Shown here in pieces: positions 47,801 to 60,335 of a stretch of 64,000 nucleotides of DNA. Both the position numbers and the translations under genes were made by a program. The stretch comes from Squalus acanthias. Lineage: Eukaryota. The notes beneath the pieces were generated by a model, which was given only the letters and a program-made list of their open reading frames with translations, searched no databases and was not told the origin of the DNA. Location of the stretch: contig CM059425.1 in the NCBI GenBank assembly GCA_030390025.1, forward strand, positions 167,340,001 through 167,404,000, given 5' to 3'. Every line of letters begins with the position of its first letter. Position 1 is the stretch's first letter.

Positions 47801-49306
47801 TAACAGGCAGTTTTTTGCCTAATCCCTATTTTAAAAGCTGAAATGTGGGCTTCCCGACAGGTCCCAACCACGCCAAGTTAGCGAGGCGGACCGTGGGTCT
47901 GCAGGAGTTGGAGGGGTCGATATGTCCGGTGGGCAGGTGAGTGATGGGTGCATGTGTGCAGAGGTAAGTGTGTAAGGTAAGTGTAAAGTGTGGAAAAAAG
48001 TTTTACTTACCTTAACTTCCTCCTGCAGGTGTCAGCCCTTCAGGTCTCGGGAGTCAGAAATCTCACCGGCACAGAAAGCACAATGGCCGTGGTGCTGTCA
48101 AAAACTGCAGCCTTCTGCTTTCTGTGCTGGAATGATTTCTAACTCAGCCTGAGAGGAAGAACTCAAGTTAGAAGACAGATTGTCAGTGTTTGATAGCTTC
48201 ACAGAGCTGTCAAACACTGATATTTCATCTGTCAAAAGCTCTTGACAGATGAAATGTCAATCTGTGATGTCACCTGTTGCCGGGTGGCCCTTAATTGGCC
48301 TGCTGAGCTCACTGGGCAGGCTCAACAAGGTCAATCAAGTGAAAATGCAGTGGGTTGGCCACAAGTCGATGGAGGCGGGACTACAACCCAAAAAGTGGGA
48401 GTCCCGCCTCCATCACGTCCCCAGTATCAAAATCCAGCCCAAAGAGTCTGCAAAGGGATATAGATAGACTAAGTGAGTGGGCGGTAAGGTGGCAGATGGA
48501 GTGTAATGTAGGGAAATGTGAGGTTATTCACTTTGGTAGGAAAAATAGAAAAGCAGAATATTTTTTAAATGGTGAGAAACTTTCAAGTGTTGGTGTTCAG
48601 AGAGATTTGGGTGTCCTCATGCAAAAAGCACAGAAAGCTAGCATGCAGGTACAGCAAGCTATAAGGAAGGCAAATGGTATGTTGGCCTTTATTGCAAGGG
48701 GGTTGGAGTATAAGAGTAAGGAAGTCTTATTACAATTGTACAGGGCCTTGGTGAGACCACACCTGGAGTACTGTGCACAGTTTTGGTCTCCTTATCTAAG
48801 TAAGGATATACTTGCCTTGGAGGCGGCACAACAAAGGTTCACTAGATTGATTCCTGGGATGAGAGGGCTGTCCTATGATGAGAGATTGTGCAGAATGGGC
48901 CTATACTCTCAGGCGTTCAGAAGAATGAGACGTGATCTCATTGAAACATACAAGATTCTGAAGGGGATTGACATGGTAGATGCTGAGAGGTTGTTTCCCT
49001 TGGCTGGAGTGTCTAGAATTAGTGGGCATAGTCTCAGGAGACTGAGATGGGGAGGAATTTCTTCATTCAGAGGGTTGTGAATCTTTGGAATTCTCTGCCC
49101 CAGAGGGCTGTGAATGCTGAGTCTTTGAGTATATTCAAGGCTGAGATAGATAGATTTTTGGACTCTAGGGGAATCAAGGGATATGGAGATCGGGCGGGAA
49201 AGTGGAGTTGAGGTCGATGATCAGCCATGATCTTATTGAATGGCAGAGCAAGCTCGAGGGGCTGTATGGCCGACTCCTGCTCCTATTTCTTATGTTCTTA
49301 TGTTCT
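44806..49306 (+). mobile_element. CR1 LINE B nested in ORF1 of CR1 A
   Basis: Second esterase (VGDSIVKG, GTND), complete decayed ORF2, own 3'UTR and (TTCTTATG)n tail ending at about 49306. Confidence 0.87.
47596..48440. mobile_element. Harbinger-type MITE (845 bp) within the CR1 B RT
   Basis: Perfect 12-bp TIR GGGCTGGATTTT, TSD AAA; removal restores ENTKSLQRDIDRL. Confidence 0.92.
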
Positions 49307-50570
49307 TAACGGATGGCTTTAGAGTCCGGAGGCATTGGAACCGGTTCTGGGGGAAGTGGGACCTGTACAAGCAGGACAGGCTGTACCTCAACAGGGCTGG
49401 GACCAATATCTTCACGGGTGAGGTGGGGGGGTGGGGTGCAAGGGTTGCTAGTACTGTTGGGGAGGGTTTAAACTAGCTTGGCGTGGGGATAACCTGAGCA
49501 TAGAAGGGAGAGAAGCAAAGCTGGAAATGGAAGGCAGAAAATTAGTAAGTGAGTTTGGAAGGCAGAGGACACGAAGGCTAGAAAATAGACAACAAAGGCG
49601 TTCGGCAGTGCTTAATGGTATATACTTCAATGCAAGGAGTGTAGTGAATAATGCAGATGAACTGAGAGCACAGATAGACACGTGGAATTATGATATTATA
49701 GTTATTATTGAAACATGGCTGAAAGAAGGGCAGGAATGGCAGCTCAACATTCCTGGTTACAGAGTTTTCAGACGAGATAGAGAGGGGGATAAAAAAATGA
49801 GAGGGGTCGTAATATTAGTTAAAGAAACAATTGCAGCTGTGAGGAGCGATGATATGTTAGAAGGACCATCAAATGAGGCCTTATGGGTTGAACTGAGGAA
49901 CAAAAAAGGGGCAATTGCATTGCTGGGAGTGTACCATAGACCCCCAAATAGTCAGAGGGAGATAGAAGAGCAAATGTTTGGGTAAATTTCTGAGGAGTGC
50001 AAAAACAATAGGGCAGTAATAGTAGGGGATTTCAACCACCCTAATATTAACAGCGATAGAATCAGTGTAAAAGGTATAAAGGGCGCAGAATTCTTAAAAT
50101 GCATTCAGGAGAACTTTTTTAGCCAGTACGTAGCAAGCCCAACAAGAGAGGGGAAGGTTCTGGACTTAGTCTTAGGGAATGAAGCTGGGCAAGTGGAAGG
50201 GGTATCAGTGGAAGAGCATTTTTGTGGTAGTGATCATAATTCAGTTAGATTTAGCGTAGTTATGGAAAAGGACAAAGATAGAGCAGGAGTAAAAGTTCTT
50301 AATTGGGAAAAGGCCAATTTTACTAAGCTGAGATGTGATTTAGCAAAAGTGGACTGGAAATAGCTACTTGAGGGTAAATCAGTGTCAGAGTAGTAGAAGG
50401 CATTCAAGGAGGGTTGTATAGTGAGGGGTTGTATAGTGAGGGTTCAGAGCAAATATGTCCCCACAAAAAAAAGGGTCGGAATCTCAAATCTAGAGCCCTG
50501 TGGATGTCAAGGGGCATACAGGGAAAAAGGCAAAAAAGGGAAGCTTATGTCAGAGACCGAGAGCTAAATA

Positions 50571-50934
50571 CAGGAAACTCTTTATTAACCGGCACCGACG
50601 GGACCGGCGTGGTGCCGGTTAATCAAAAAGTCCGGATAATGGAGAGTTATATCTCCCAACGTACGAGAGCCCCATACACATTGACATGCGCCTGCATTCG
50701 GAGCTCCGTCTCCCCGGGAACCGCCAGCTGACCATCTGTCGTGTCCACTGCCTACCCGGGCTGCACATTCCCCTCCCAATCTACACGCTCCGATACAAGG
50801 CAAACGCCTCGGGGTTTTTTTTAAAGTTAATTTTAAACGAGAGATGAAGGAAAACCCCGGTTACCTACTCAAGAATTTTGTCGGTTAAGAGAGATTTCCG
50901 GATATTTGGGTGCCGGTTAATAAAGAGTTTCCTG
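50571..50934. mobile_element. Tc1/mariner-superfamily (pogo/Tigger-like) MITE, 364 bp
   Basis: Perfect 26-bp TIR CAGGAAACTCTTTATTAACCGGCACC, TA TSD, CpG-rich interior. Confidence 0.92.
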
Positions 50935-52912
50935 TACTGCAGAAAGCCTAGAGGAATATAGAAAGTGCATGGGTGAAATTAAAAAAGAAATTAAGAAAGC
51001 AAAGAGAGGGCATGAAAAAATATTAGCAAGTAAAATCAAGGAAAACACAAAGATGTTTTATAAATACATAAAGAGCAAGAGGATAACTAAAGAAAGAGTA
51101 GGGCCTATTAGAAGCCAAAAAGGTAACCGATGTGTGGAGGCGGAAGTTGTGGGTATGGTTCTTAATGAATACTTTGCATTTGTTTTCACAAAAGAGAGGG
51201 CCAATGCAGACTTTGTAGTTAAGGAGGAGGATTGTGAAATATTCGATGAGATAAACATAGTGAGAGAGGAAATATTATGGGGATTAGCATCTTTGAATGT
51301 AGATAAATCTCCAGGCCCGGATTAAATGTATCCCAGGCTATTAAGAGAAGCAAGGGAGGAAATAGCGGAGGCTCTGACCATCATTTTCCAATTCTCTCTG
51401 GCTACAGGTGTGGTGCCAGAGGACTGGAGGACTGCTAACATTGTACCATTGTTTTAAAAGGGAGAAAGGGATAGACCAAGTAATTACAGGCCAGTCAGCC
51501 TAACCTCAGTGGTGGGCAAATTGTTGGAAAAAATTCTGAGGGACAGTATTAATTGTCATTTAGAAAGGCATGGATTAATCAAGGACAGTCAGAATGGATT
51601 TGTTAAGGGAAGGTCATGTCTGACTAACTTGGTTGAATTTTTTGAGGAGGTAACAAGAAGGGCTGATGAGGGTAGTGCATTTGATGTAGTCTACATGGAT
51701 TTTAGCAAGGCCTTTGACAAAGGTCCCACATGGCAAGGGAAAGTGGCAAGTTGAATCCAAAATTGGCTCAGTGGCAGGAAGCAAAGGGTAATGGTCGACG
51801 GATGTTTTTGTGACTAGAAAGCTGTTTCCAGTGGGATTCCACAGGGCTCAGTACCAGGTTCCTTGTTGTTTGTGGTATATATCAATGACTTAGACTTCAA
51901 TGTAGGGGGTATGATTAAGAAGTTTGCAGATGATAAAAAAAACTTGGCTGTGTGGTTGATAATGAGGAAGAAAGCTGTAGACTGCAGGAAGATATCAATA
52001 AATTGGTCAGGTGGGCAGAAAAGTGGCAAATGGAATTCAATCCGGAGAAGTGTGAGGAAATACATTTGGGGAGGGCTAACAAGGCAAGGGAATACACAAT
52101 AAATGGTAGGATACTGAGAAGTGTAAAGGAACAGAGGGACTTTGGAGTGCATGTCCACAGATCCCTGAAGGTAGCAGGACAGGTAGATAAGGTGGTTAAG
52201 AAGGCATATGGGATACTTTCCTTTATTAGCCGTGGCACCGAATACAAGAGCAGGCAGGTTAGCTTGAACTGTATAAAACACTAGTTAGGCCACAAATAGA
52301 GTATTGCGTACAGTTCTGGACACCACATTACAGGAAAGATGTGATTGCACTAGAGAAGATACAAAGGAGATTTATGAGATGTTGCCAGGACTGGAGAATT
52401 TTAGCTATGAGGAAAGATTGGAGAGGCTGGGGTTATTTTCTTTGGAACAGAGGAGGCTGAGGGGAGACTTAATTGAGGTGTATAAAATTATGAGGGACCT
52501 AGATAGAGTGGATAGGAGGGACCTATTTCTTTTAGCAGAGAAGTCAATAACCAGGGGCATAGATTTAAAGTAATTGGTAGAAGAATTAGAGGGGAGTTGC
52601 GGAGAACATTTTTCACCCAGAGGGTGGTGGGGGTCTGGAACTCACTGCCTGAAAGGGTGGTAGTGGAAGAAACCCTCATTGCATTTAAAAAGTACTTGGA
52701 TTTGCACACAAAGTGCTGCAACCTACAAGGCTACGGACCTTGTGGGTAACGGAAAGTGGGATTAGGCTGGATAGCTCTTTTTTGGCCGACACAGACACGA
52801 TGGGCTGAATGGCCTCCTTCTGTGCTGTAAATTTCTCTGATTCTCTGATTCTATAACTCCCTCAATCTTGCAAATTGAAATTAACCATAAAACTTTCAAT
52901 GTAGAGCAAGTA

Positions 52913-54136
52913 AAGAAAGAACTTGCATTTATATAGCACCTTTCATGACATCAGGACATCCTAAATCTCTTTACAGCCAATGAAGTACTTTGGAAGTGTA
53001 GACACTGTTGTAATGTAGGAAACATGGAAGCCAACAAACAGCAATTAAATAAATGACCCACCATGATATCTTTTACGTCCACCTGAGAGGGCAGACTCTC
53101 ATCTGGTTTAACTTCTCATCTGAATGAAGGCATCTCCAACAGTGCAGACTGGATTATGGTCCCAAGGGGGAGAAATTCAGTATCGCCCCATTTGGGGCGC
53201 AATTATCGGCCGGGCGCAAAGATTAGCGCCTGGCGCTAATTATCGCCACCGACTGCAAACTTGACTTTTATCGCCCCTGGAGGTGATTGGAGAGCTAAAT
53301 CAGGCGCTTCACACCTGTCTTAAGGCGCAAAGGCCGAGGAGCGAGGCGCTACCTCAGAGCGCTGGCGAAGCTCATGTAGTGTCAGTCAGCAATGGAACAC
53401 ACACACAATGGCACGGGCCAGTTCTTAAAGGGGATGGTTAATCTTGCTTTCCATCCACATCCTGCTCATTGCAGCCTTGAATCTCGGCCTGGAGAGACCT
53501 GCACATCAAATCTGCTGGAAAGAACAATGGAGAGTACCAGGCAAAGAGCTCAGAGTGCAGCCCCCACAGTCTCTTCTAAATCGATACAAGGAATGGCAAA
53601 TCAAAATGAACCTGCAAAGTGCTGCTCAGTACCCAAAACTCCTTCACACAACGTTGAATCTCTCCAGAAGTCTCTCCCTCTCTCTCTCAGAATGCGTAGT
53701 TCAAAAATGGCACCAACAATAAAAGGCAGGAAGCGGTCACCTTTAAATAGCGCTCCTCCTTTCCCTTCATGACTGCAGAACACTCCCCTCAACCTGTCGT
53801 TGCTAGCGTCAGGCAGTAAGGCAGGGGGCGCCACTCAATATCCGCTCCGGGGTGATACCGGGGTGTTGCGCACTCGACTGACGTCACGATCTGCCGGCGC
53901 AGGAGATCGTGGCGGTAGTGTTTAGTGCCGCCGCAAAATGTCTAGTTAATTTCGCGAGCGGCGCAAACTTCGCCGCGCCTGGGCGCTAGATGCTTTGCGC
54001 CCCATTAGCGCCCTCTTAAGGCGCTAACGGGAGGCGCAACCAACTGAATTTTCCCCCCCAAGTCTCTGGAGTGGGGCTTGAACCCACAACGTTTTGACTC
54101 AGAGACGAGAGTGGTACCATTGAGCGAAGGCTGACA
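52913..54136 (-). mobile_element. tRNA-derived SINE with L2-type tail, split by the Harbinger derivative at 53166-54058
   Basis: The reverse-complement head has A-box-like ttcgctcaatgg and B-box ggttcaagcc; tail gctatataaatgcaagttctttcttt. Confidence 0.75.
53166..54058 (-). mobile_element. Non-autonomous deletion derivative related to the 19993-24411 Harbinger (893 bp)
   Basis: TIRs GGGGG(A/G)(G/A)AAATTCAGT, TSD CAA; both ends align with the large element; keeps the first Myb codons (MESTRQRAQ vs MERVRERAH). Confidence 0.9.
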
Positions 54137-54420
54137 CCTTGGTTGAGTGCAGCAAAGGTTTTCTTTGTAACTTAGTTTTAAAATGACAGGCTGGGCTGGT
54201 CTGATAGTGAATACCAATGAGCATGAAGGAATAATTCCACCTAGTGATACCACTTAAGCCTGTAATATATTTGCTGAGCTTCTATCAAAACATACTGTTA
54301 TATTTAAGAAACTGGAATAAGAATACTTAATTTGATACAGTTGCTAACTCATTAAAAATAAAGGCTGGCTTTATTCTGTACGTAGAATGTCACTACATGT
54401 TTACCCCTTTTAAGTATATT

Positions 54421-55165
54421 GGACCTGAAATTGCGGTCGGAGGCTTCCCGTGGGCGAATGCCTCCGAACCGCAAGTAAATTCCATACTTACCTGATGGCC
54501 CCGGACCTACGAAGACTCGCACTCCTGGGCCTGCTGGCATACGCCTGCGTAAAGGCCACATATCCCAGGGGCGCATGCAGTTCGTAAGCGTCCCTGGGAT
54601 CACGTGGGTCGGCCCAACCAATCACAAAGGGAGATTCCTGTTATGCTTATGGGGATGCCACTTACGTACGGAATCCCCATAAGCATAGTAGGAATCACAT
54701 AAAAAATACATCTTCACACAACCTAAGTAAAATTAATCACCACGTTTAGAAATTAATTAAAATACAATTTAATTAAACATTTAAAACAAAAATTTAATTT
54801 TTTGAAAAATAAATTAAACATTTTTAAAGGGGCCAAAAATAACCTAAACTAATTTTATAGGTTTGTGAATGTTTAAATGATTTTTAAAATGTTATTTTAA
54901 TATTTATTTAAACCCTTACACTGGTAAAAGAAGACCTTACGCCTGCTTTTACCAGGCGTAAGAGTTTTGTGGGCATTCACTGGGCAGTAGTTGGTCAAAT
55001 AGCCCAACTCTCCGCCAGTGAATGTCCATTTCCTTCAGAATAAAGCTGAAACGTGACAGATCGCAAGTTCCGGGTTTTCACGCATGCGGAAACTTGGAAC
55101 TTGCGGGGCACTTACGGCCGCGTATGCACAGCGTACGCAGTCATAGGCCCCAGAAAATCCAGGCC
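54421..55165. mobile_element. Harbinger-type MITE with internal hairpins and an AT-rich core
   Basis: TIRs ggacctgaaatt / rc ggcctggatttt, TSD ATT; related to 57086-57830 in opposite orientation. Confidence 0.78.
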
Positions 55166-55316
55166 ATTGTTTTACAAATTCAGGACTTCTTGATTTTAGT
55201 GATGGCAGTTGCTCCTTTAAGTGGCCTGAGCCACTTTTTATGGGAGTTGACTCCCACTGCCCTATTTCTACTTGTGCAGTAGCAGGACACAGGAGTGTAA
55301 CAATAGAACTGCCTTA

Positions 55317-55411
55317 TGATTACACTTCAAAAAGTATTTAATTGGCTGTAAAGCGCTTTGGTGTGTCCGGTAGTCATGAAAGGCGCTATATAAATTCAAG
55401 TCTTTCTTTTT
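55317..55411 (+). mobile_element. SINE/L2 3' tail fragment
   Basis: acacttcaaaaagtatttaattggctgtaaagcgctttgg...ggcgctatataaattcaagtctttc matches the reverse complement of 52913-53000. Confidence 0.7.
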
Positions 55412-56289
55412 TATGATTTGGACAGGATTTTCAGGTTTTCAACATGTTACTTCTTCAATCTTTCTGAGGATGGACCGAGTTGACACTGGTTGAGGCGAAG
55501 TTTGATTTGAATCCATAGTAGGTAAAATACACAAACCAATAGAGTTGCTTGATGCAATGGATACAATTTCTGTTTATGCACTGTTACAAAAATATAGAAC
55601 ATGCAAGCTCGAGCCCACTCCAGTGGGTTTCCTAGCTCAACTCAAAAACACAGTCTCTGTGTTGGGAAAAGAACGTGTTAGTACAGCTGCCAAAAGTGCA
55701 TCAATCTAGAATCAATAAACAATCTAGCATCACTGTGTGTGTTGTCTGTGAGTGTCAATTCCTTTCATAAATTTATGAGTGTAAACTACAGCATCCTAGA
55801 CTCTCATTCCTGGCACAGAGACAACAGCTCCAAGCTTGTCTCTCTGCCAGCATATTATGAAGTCAATGATGAGATGATCAGGTGGTTGTAAAACGGGCTG
55901 CTGCCCAAGACCAATATCACCCCTGTGGTAACTTTGGAGGTACTGCCAATTCCCTTTTTGAATTAAACCCAGTTGTGTTGGAATATTGCACACTAACTAA
56001 AACCCCAATTAAACTACTAATTCCTAGAAATAAGGGTTAATGCTTTCTATACAGTTAAGTCACAATTTTTTTTTTGCTACATATGAAGCTGTTGTAATTT
56101 ATGCAAACTATTTGGAGTAATTAGCATTCAACATGATGCGCTTAGAAAAGCGCTTTAGGATTTGAAAGTAATGCAATTTTTAAAAAGCATTTCTTAATGT
56201 GGGTGAAATTCGACTTCACTGATAGTGACGTGGCAGCCTGTTTGACACCCTGCCCAATTTTCTTTTCCATTGACTTCAGACTGAAGCCA

Positions 56290-57962
56290 AGTGGTTCTGG
56301 CAGAACCTGAACTGAATGTCGGTGAGCAAATCATTAGTGAGTACTGAATGCACTATTGATGATTCTTTCCATCACTTTACCGATGAATGGGAAGAGGCTG
56401 CGAGAGTGTAACTAGCAAGATTAGATTTATTTTATTTTTGTGGATAGGACACACCTGGGAAATCTTTCACATTTTCAGGTAGATGCCAGTGTCATCGCTG
56501 TATTGGAATTGCTTGGCTAGGGGAATGGCTAGCTCTGGTGCACACGACCAGGATATTGTCATGGCCAATAGTCTTAGCTGTGTCCCGTGTACTTAGCTGT
56601 TTCTTAATGTCATGTGGAGTGAACCAAATTGGACATTAGTACTTATGATGGTGGGGACCTCAGGAGAAGGTTGAATAGGATCATCCACTTGGCACTTTCA
56701 GCTGAAGACACTTGCAAACACTTCATCCTTACATTCACATGTTGAGTTCCACTATGGTTCAGGATAGGGATGTTCAAAAAGCCCCCTCATCCTGTTAGTT
56801 GCCTAGTTGTTCACCACCACTCTCCACTAGATGTGGTAAAATTACAGAGCTTTGCTCTGATCATTGGTGTGAGACCACTTAGCTCTGTCTATAGCCTGCT
56901 GCTTTTGGTGTTTAACATGAAGGTAGCCCTGTGTAGTAGCTTCATTAGGTTTGTACTCCATTCTAAGGTATGCCTGGTACTTCTCCTGTCACACCCTTCT
57001 ACACTTCGCATAGAATCAGGGTACATCTCCGGGCTTGATAGTGATCACAGAGGGATGAAGGTGCTGAACCATGAGGTTACATATTGGGCCGTATATTCCG
57101 ATCCCTACGGGTGTGTACGCGCTGTGTACCCACCCGTAGGGACATCGGAAATGCCGGTTTCAGGCATGCGCTGAAATCCGGCATTTCCGATCTGTCAAGA
57201 ATGCTCTTGACAGATCGGACGCCTGCCCGGGAGCAGGGCCTCTGCGGGCAGAGAGTTCCGCTTTCTGGAGACCCTCCGCCCGCAGAAAACCCTTAGAAAT
57301 CTTACGCCTGGTAAAGGCAGGCATAAGGCCTACTTTTACCAGGATAAGAGTTGAAAAAAGTTTAAAAAAAATGTTTTTTCACTCATTTATCATTTAAAAA
57401 TACTTTAAAAAAGGTAAGTTTATTTTTAGCCCCGTAAAAAACATTAATTATTTTTTTCAAAAAATTAAATTTTTGTTTAAAATATTTAATTTATTGTAAT
57501 TTCAACTAATTTTAAAAAGGTGATGGTTTTTCTTTAATTTATTTAAAGTTTTACTATGTTTTTGGGGTGATCTCCATTCATATATTTGACAGGTCTATCT
57601 GTCAAGTATATGAAGGGAGATTCCCTTCTCTGATTGGCTCCCCATGGCCCACGTGATCCCAGGAATGCTTGCGAACTGCGCCTCTGGGATATGTGGGCCC
57701 TGCGCACTTGGAGTTTGGAGAGGCTCGGGATCGGAACTATACGCACCTCGGGAGCCTCAGGTAAGTTCGTAGATTTTTCCAGATCGGAGGCCTCCGGATG
57801 CAGGAGGCCTCCGATCGGAAAATGCGGCCCAATGTTACAATTCTGCTGCTGCTGATGGTCCACTATGCCTCATGGATGCCCAGTTATGGGCTACTAGATA
57901 TGTCCTTAATCTATCCCACTTAGCACGGTGCTAGTGTCATATACACAATGGAGGATGTCCTT
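56290..57962 (-). mobile_element. Old non-LTR retrotransposon ORF2 remnant (clade unassigned), split by a MITE
   Basis: Minus strand near 56300-56380 reads MERIINSA..LLTDIQFRFCQNH (QFGFR-like RT motif); the rest is heavily decayed. Confidence 0.5.
57086..57830. mobile_element. Harbinger-type MITE
   Basis: 18-bp TIR gggccgtatattccgatc / rc gggccgcattttccgatc (16/18); flanks ATT/AAT. Confidence 0.82.
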
Positions 57963-58067
57963 ATGTATGAATTGCTGAATATCAACTTCAATTTTTTTAC
58001 AGATTAAAGTAACAAAAATATTTGTTTACAATAACATGGATAAATAAAGCACAAGTCATTAGATGCT

Positions 58068-59147
58068 CGTGGGATATGTGGAACATTCTTTGCTCCAGTC
58101 CTACTCAGGTCCCCTCCCTCACCTCTTTTTCCGGTACATTGATGACTGTATCGGTGCCGTTTCCTGCTCTCGCCCTGAACTAGAAAATTTCATTCACTTT
58201 GCTTCCAATTTCCACCCTTCCCTCACCTTCACATGGTCCATCTCCGACTCTTCCCTTCCCTTCAGCGACTTCTCCATCTCCATCTCTGGGGATAGGCTAT
58301 TGACAAACATTCACTACAAGCCCACTGACTCCCACAGCTACCTGGACTACACTTCCTCCCACCCCGCTTCCTATAAGGACTCTATTCCATTCTCCCAGTA
58401 TCTCTGTCTCGGCCGCATCTGCTCTGACGATGCCACCTTCCATACCAGTGCTTCCGACATGTCTTCCTTTTTCCTCAACCGAGGATTCCCCTCTACTGTG
58501 GTTGACACGGCCCTTGATCGTGTCCGTTCTATCTCCCGCACTTCTGCCCTCACCCCTGCCCCTCCCTCCCAGAAACACGATAGAGTTCCCCTTGTCCTCA
58601 CCTTTCACCCCACCAGCCTCCATATTCAACGGATCATCCTCCGCCATTTCCACCACCTCCAGCGTGATCCCACCACCAAACACATCTTCCCCTCACCTCC
58701 CCTTTCAGCATTCCGAAGGGACCACTCCCTCCGCGACACCCTGGTCCACTCCTCTATCACCCCCAACACCCCTTCCACTTCGCCCAGCACCTTCCCGTGC
58801 AAGCACAGGAGATGCAACACCTGCCCTTATACCTGCCCCCTTCCCACTGTCCAGGGCCCCAAACACCCCTTCCAGGTGAAACAGCGATTTACTTGTACTT
58901 CCTGCAATTTAGTATACTGTATTCGCTGCTCATGTTGCAGTCTCCTCTATTTGGGGAGACCAAACGCAGATTGGGTGATCGCTTTGCAGAACACCTCCGT
59001 TCAGTCTGTAAGGGGGACCCCGAGCTTCCGGTCGCCTGTCACTTTAATTCACCGCTCCACTCCCACTCAGACCTCACCGTCCTCGGCCTCTTACATTGTT
59101 CCGCTGAAGCTCAACGTAAGCTCGAGGAACAGCACCTCATCTTTTGA
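58068..59147 (+). pseudogene. Penelope RT C-terminal half + GIY-YIG endonuclease, frameshift at about 58950
   Basis: YIDD; CKHRRCNTC linker; NLVYCIRC..LY(L/F)GETKRRLGDRFAEHL..PVACHFN..RKLEEQHLIF. Confidence 0.9.
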
Positions 59148-59218
59148 TTAGGCACTTTACAGCCTTCTGAACTCAACACAGAGTTCAACAAATGCATATC
59201 ATAACCTCGGCCCCTATC

Positions 59219-59240
59219 ATATATATATATATATATATAT
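59219..59240. repeat. (AT)n microsatellite
   Basis: Direct reading. Confidence 0.95.
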
Positions 59241-59380
59241 CTTTTCCACACTTTTTGTTTGTGTCTTCTTTTCTTCTCTCCCACATGGCAGCTGTCTTTC
59301 ATTCTGCCAGTACAATTTACACTTCATCGAGAGCCATCTTTTGTTTCTTAACCTGTCCCATTACCATCTCCTTTTGCCTC

Positions 59381-60158
59381 ACAGAAAGGCAGATTATTAT
59401 CTGAACGGCAATAGATTGGGAGAAGGGGAAGTGCAACGAGACCTGGGTGTCCTTGTGCACCAGTCGCTGAAGGTAAGCATGCAGGTACAGCAGGTGGTTA
59501 AGAAGGCAAATGGTATGTTGGCCTTCGTAGCGAGAGGGTTTGAGTACAGGAACAAGGATGTCTTGCTGCAGTTGTACAGGGCCTTGGTGAGACCACATCT
59601 TGAGTATTGTGTGCAGTTTTGGTCGCCTTATCTGAGGAAGGATGTTCTTGCCATGGAGGGAGTGCAGCGAAGATTCACCAGACTTATACCTGGGATGGCA
59701 GGAATGACGTACGAGGAGAGATTGGGTTGATTGGGCTTATACTCGCTGGAGTTTAGAAGAATGAGAGGGGATCTCATTGAAACTTATAAAATTCTAACAG
59801 GGCTAGACAGACTGGATGCAGGAAGGATGTTCCCAATGGCGGGTGAGTCCAGAACAAGAGGTCACAGTCTAAAGATAAGGGGTAAGCCATTTAGGACTGA
59901 GATGAGGAGGAATTTCTTCACCCAGAGTGTGGTGAACCTGTGGAATTCTCTACCACAGAAGGCAGTTGAGGCCAATTCATTAAATATATTCAAGAAGGAG
60001 TTAGATATATTTCTTAAGGCTAAAGGTATCAAGGGATATGGGGAGAAGGCAGGGACAGGGTACTGAGTTTGGTTGATCAGCCATGATCTCATCGAATGGC
60101 GGAGCAGGCTCGAGGGGCCTAATGGCTTACTCCTGCTCCTATCTTCTATGTTTCTATG
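59381..60158 (+). mobile_element. CR1 3' fragment (copy 1/2 subfamily) inside the Penelope 3'UTR
   Basis: RKADYYLNGNRLG...KGYGEKAGTGY, 3'UTR and tail. Confidence 0.94.
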
Positions 60159-60298
60159 CCTTGAATATCTCTTAATGTCTCTTAACCTCTCCTGCCTTCT
60201 ATCCTATCACAGGCCTTCCCTTTTGTTCTTTCACCCCCTCCCCCCTTTCCCAGCTCCTACACTTGCTTAAAAATCTGTTCCATTTCCTGCTTTTTTCC

Positions 60299-60335
60299 AG
60301 TTCTGACGAAAGGTCATCGACCTGAAACGTTAACT
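60299..60335 (+). ncRNA. Minimal type I hammerhead ribozyme motif in the Penelope terminal repeat
   Basis: agtt-CTGACGA-a-aggtc-atc-gacct-GAAA-cgtt-aact: stem I agtt/aact, stem II aggtc/gacct, palindromic AACGTT in place of stem III. Confidence 0.75.

Larger units (their letters stand above)
44546..52853 (+). mobile_element. CR1 LINE A (from the ORF1 esterase to the tail) hosting nested CR1 B and a Tc1/mariner-type MITE
   Basis: ORF1 ...NAWLERWSRRE breaks at about 44805 and resumes DGFRVRRHWNRFWG at about 49310; ORF2 remnants 49527-52730; tail (TTCTCTGA)n. Confidence 0.85.

Noticed and set aside
50411..50445. 15-bp tandem duplication gggttgtatagtgag
   Set aside because: Ordinary local slippage in a dead CR1.
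54060..54136. tRNA gene
   Set aside because: Only A/B-box remnants of a SINE head; no cloverleaf.
58063..59151. Complete 362-aa Penelope protein
   Set aside because: The ATG comes from the target-site duplication, the RT N-terminus is missing, and the frame shifts inside the GIY-YIG domain.
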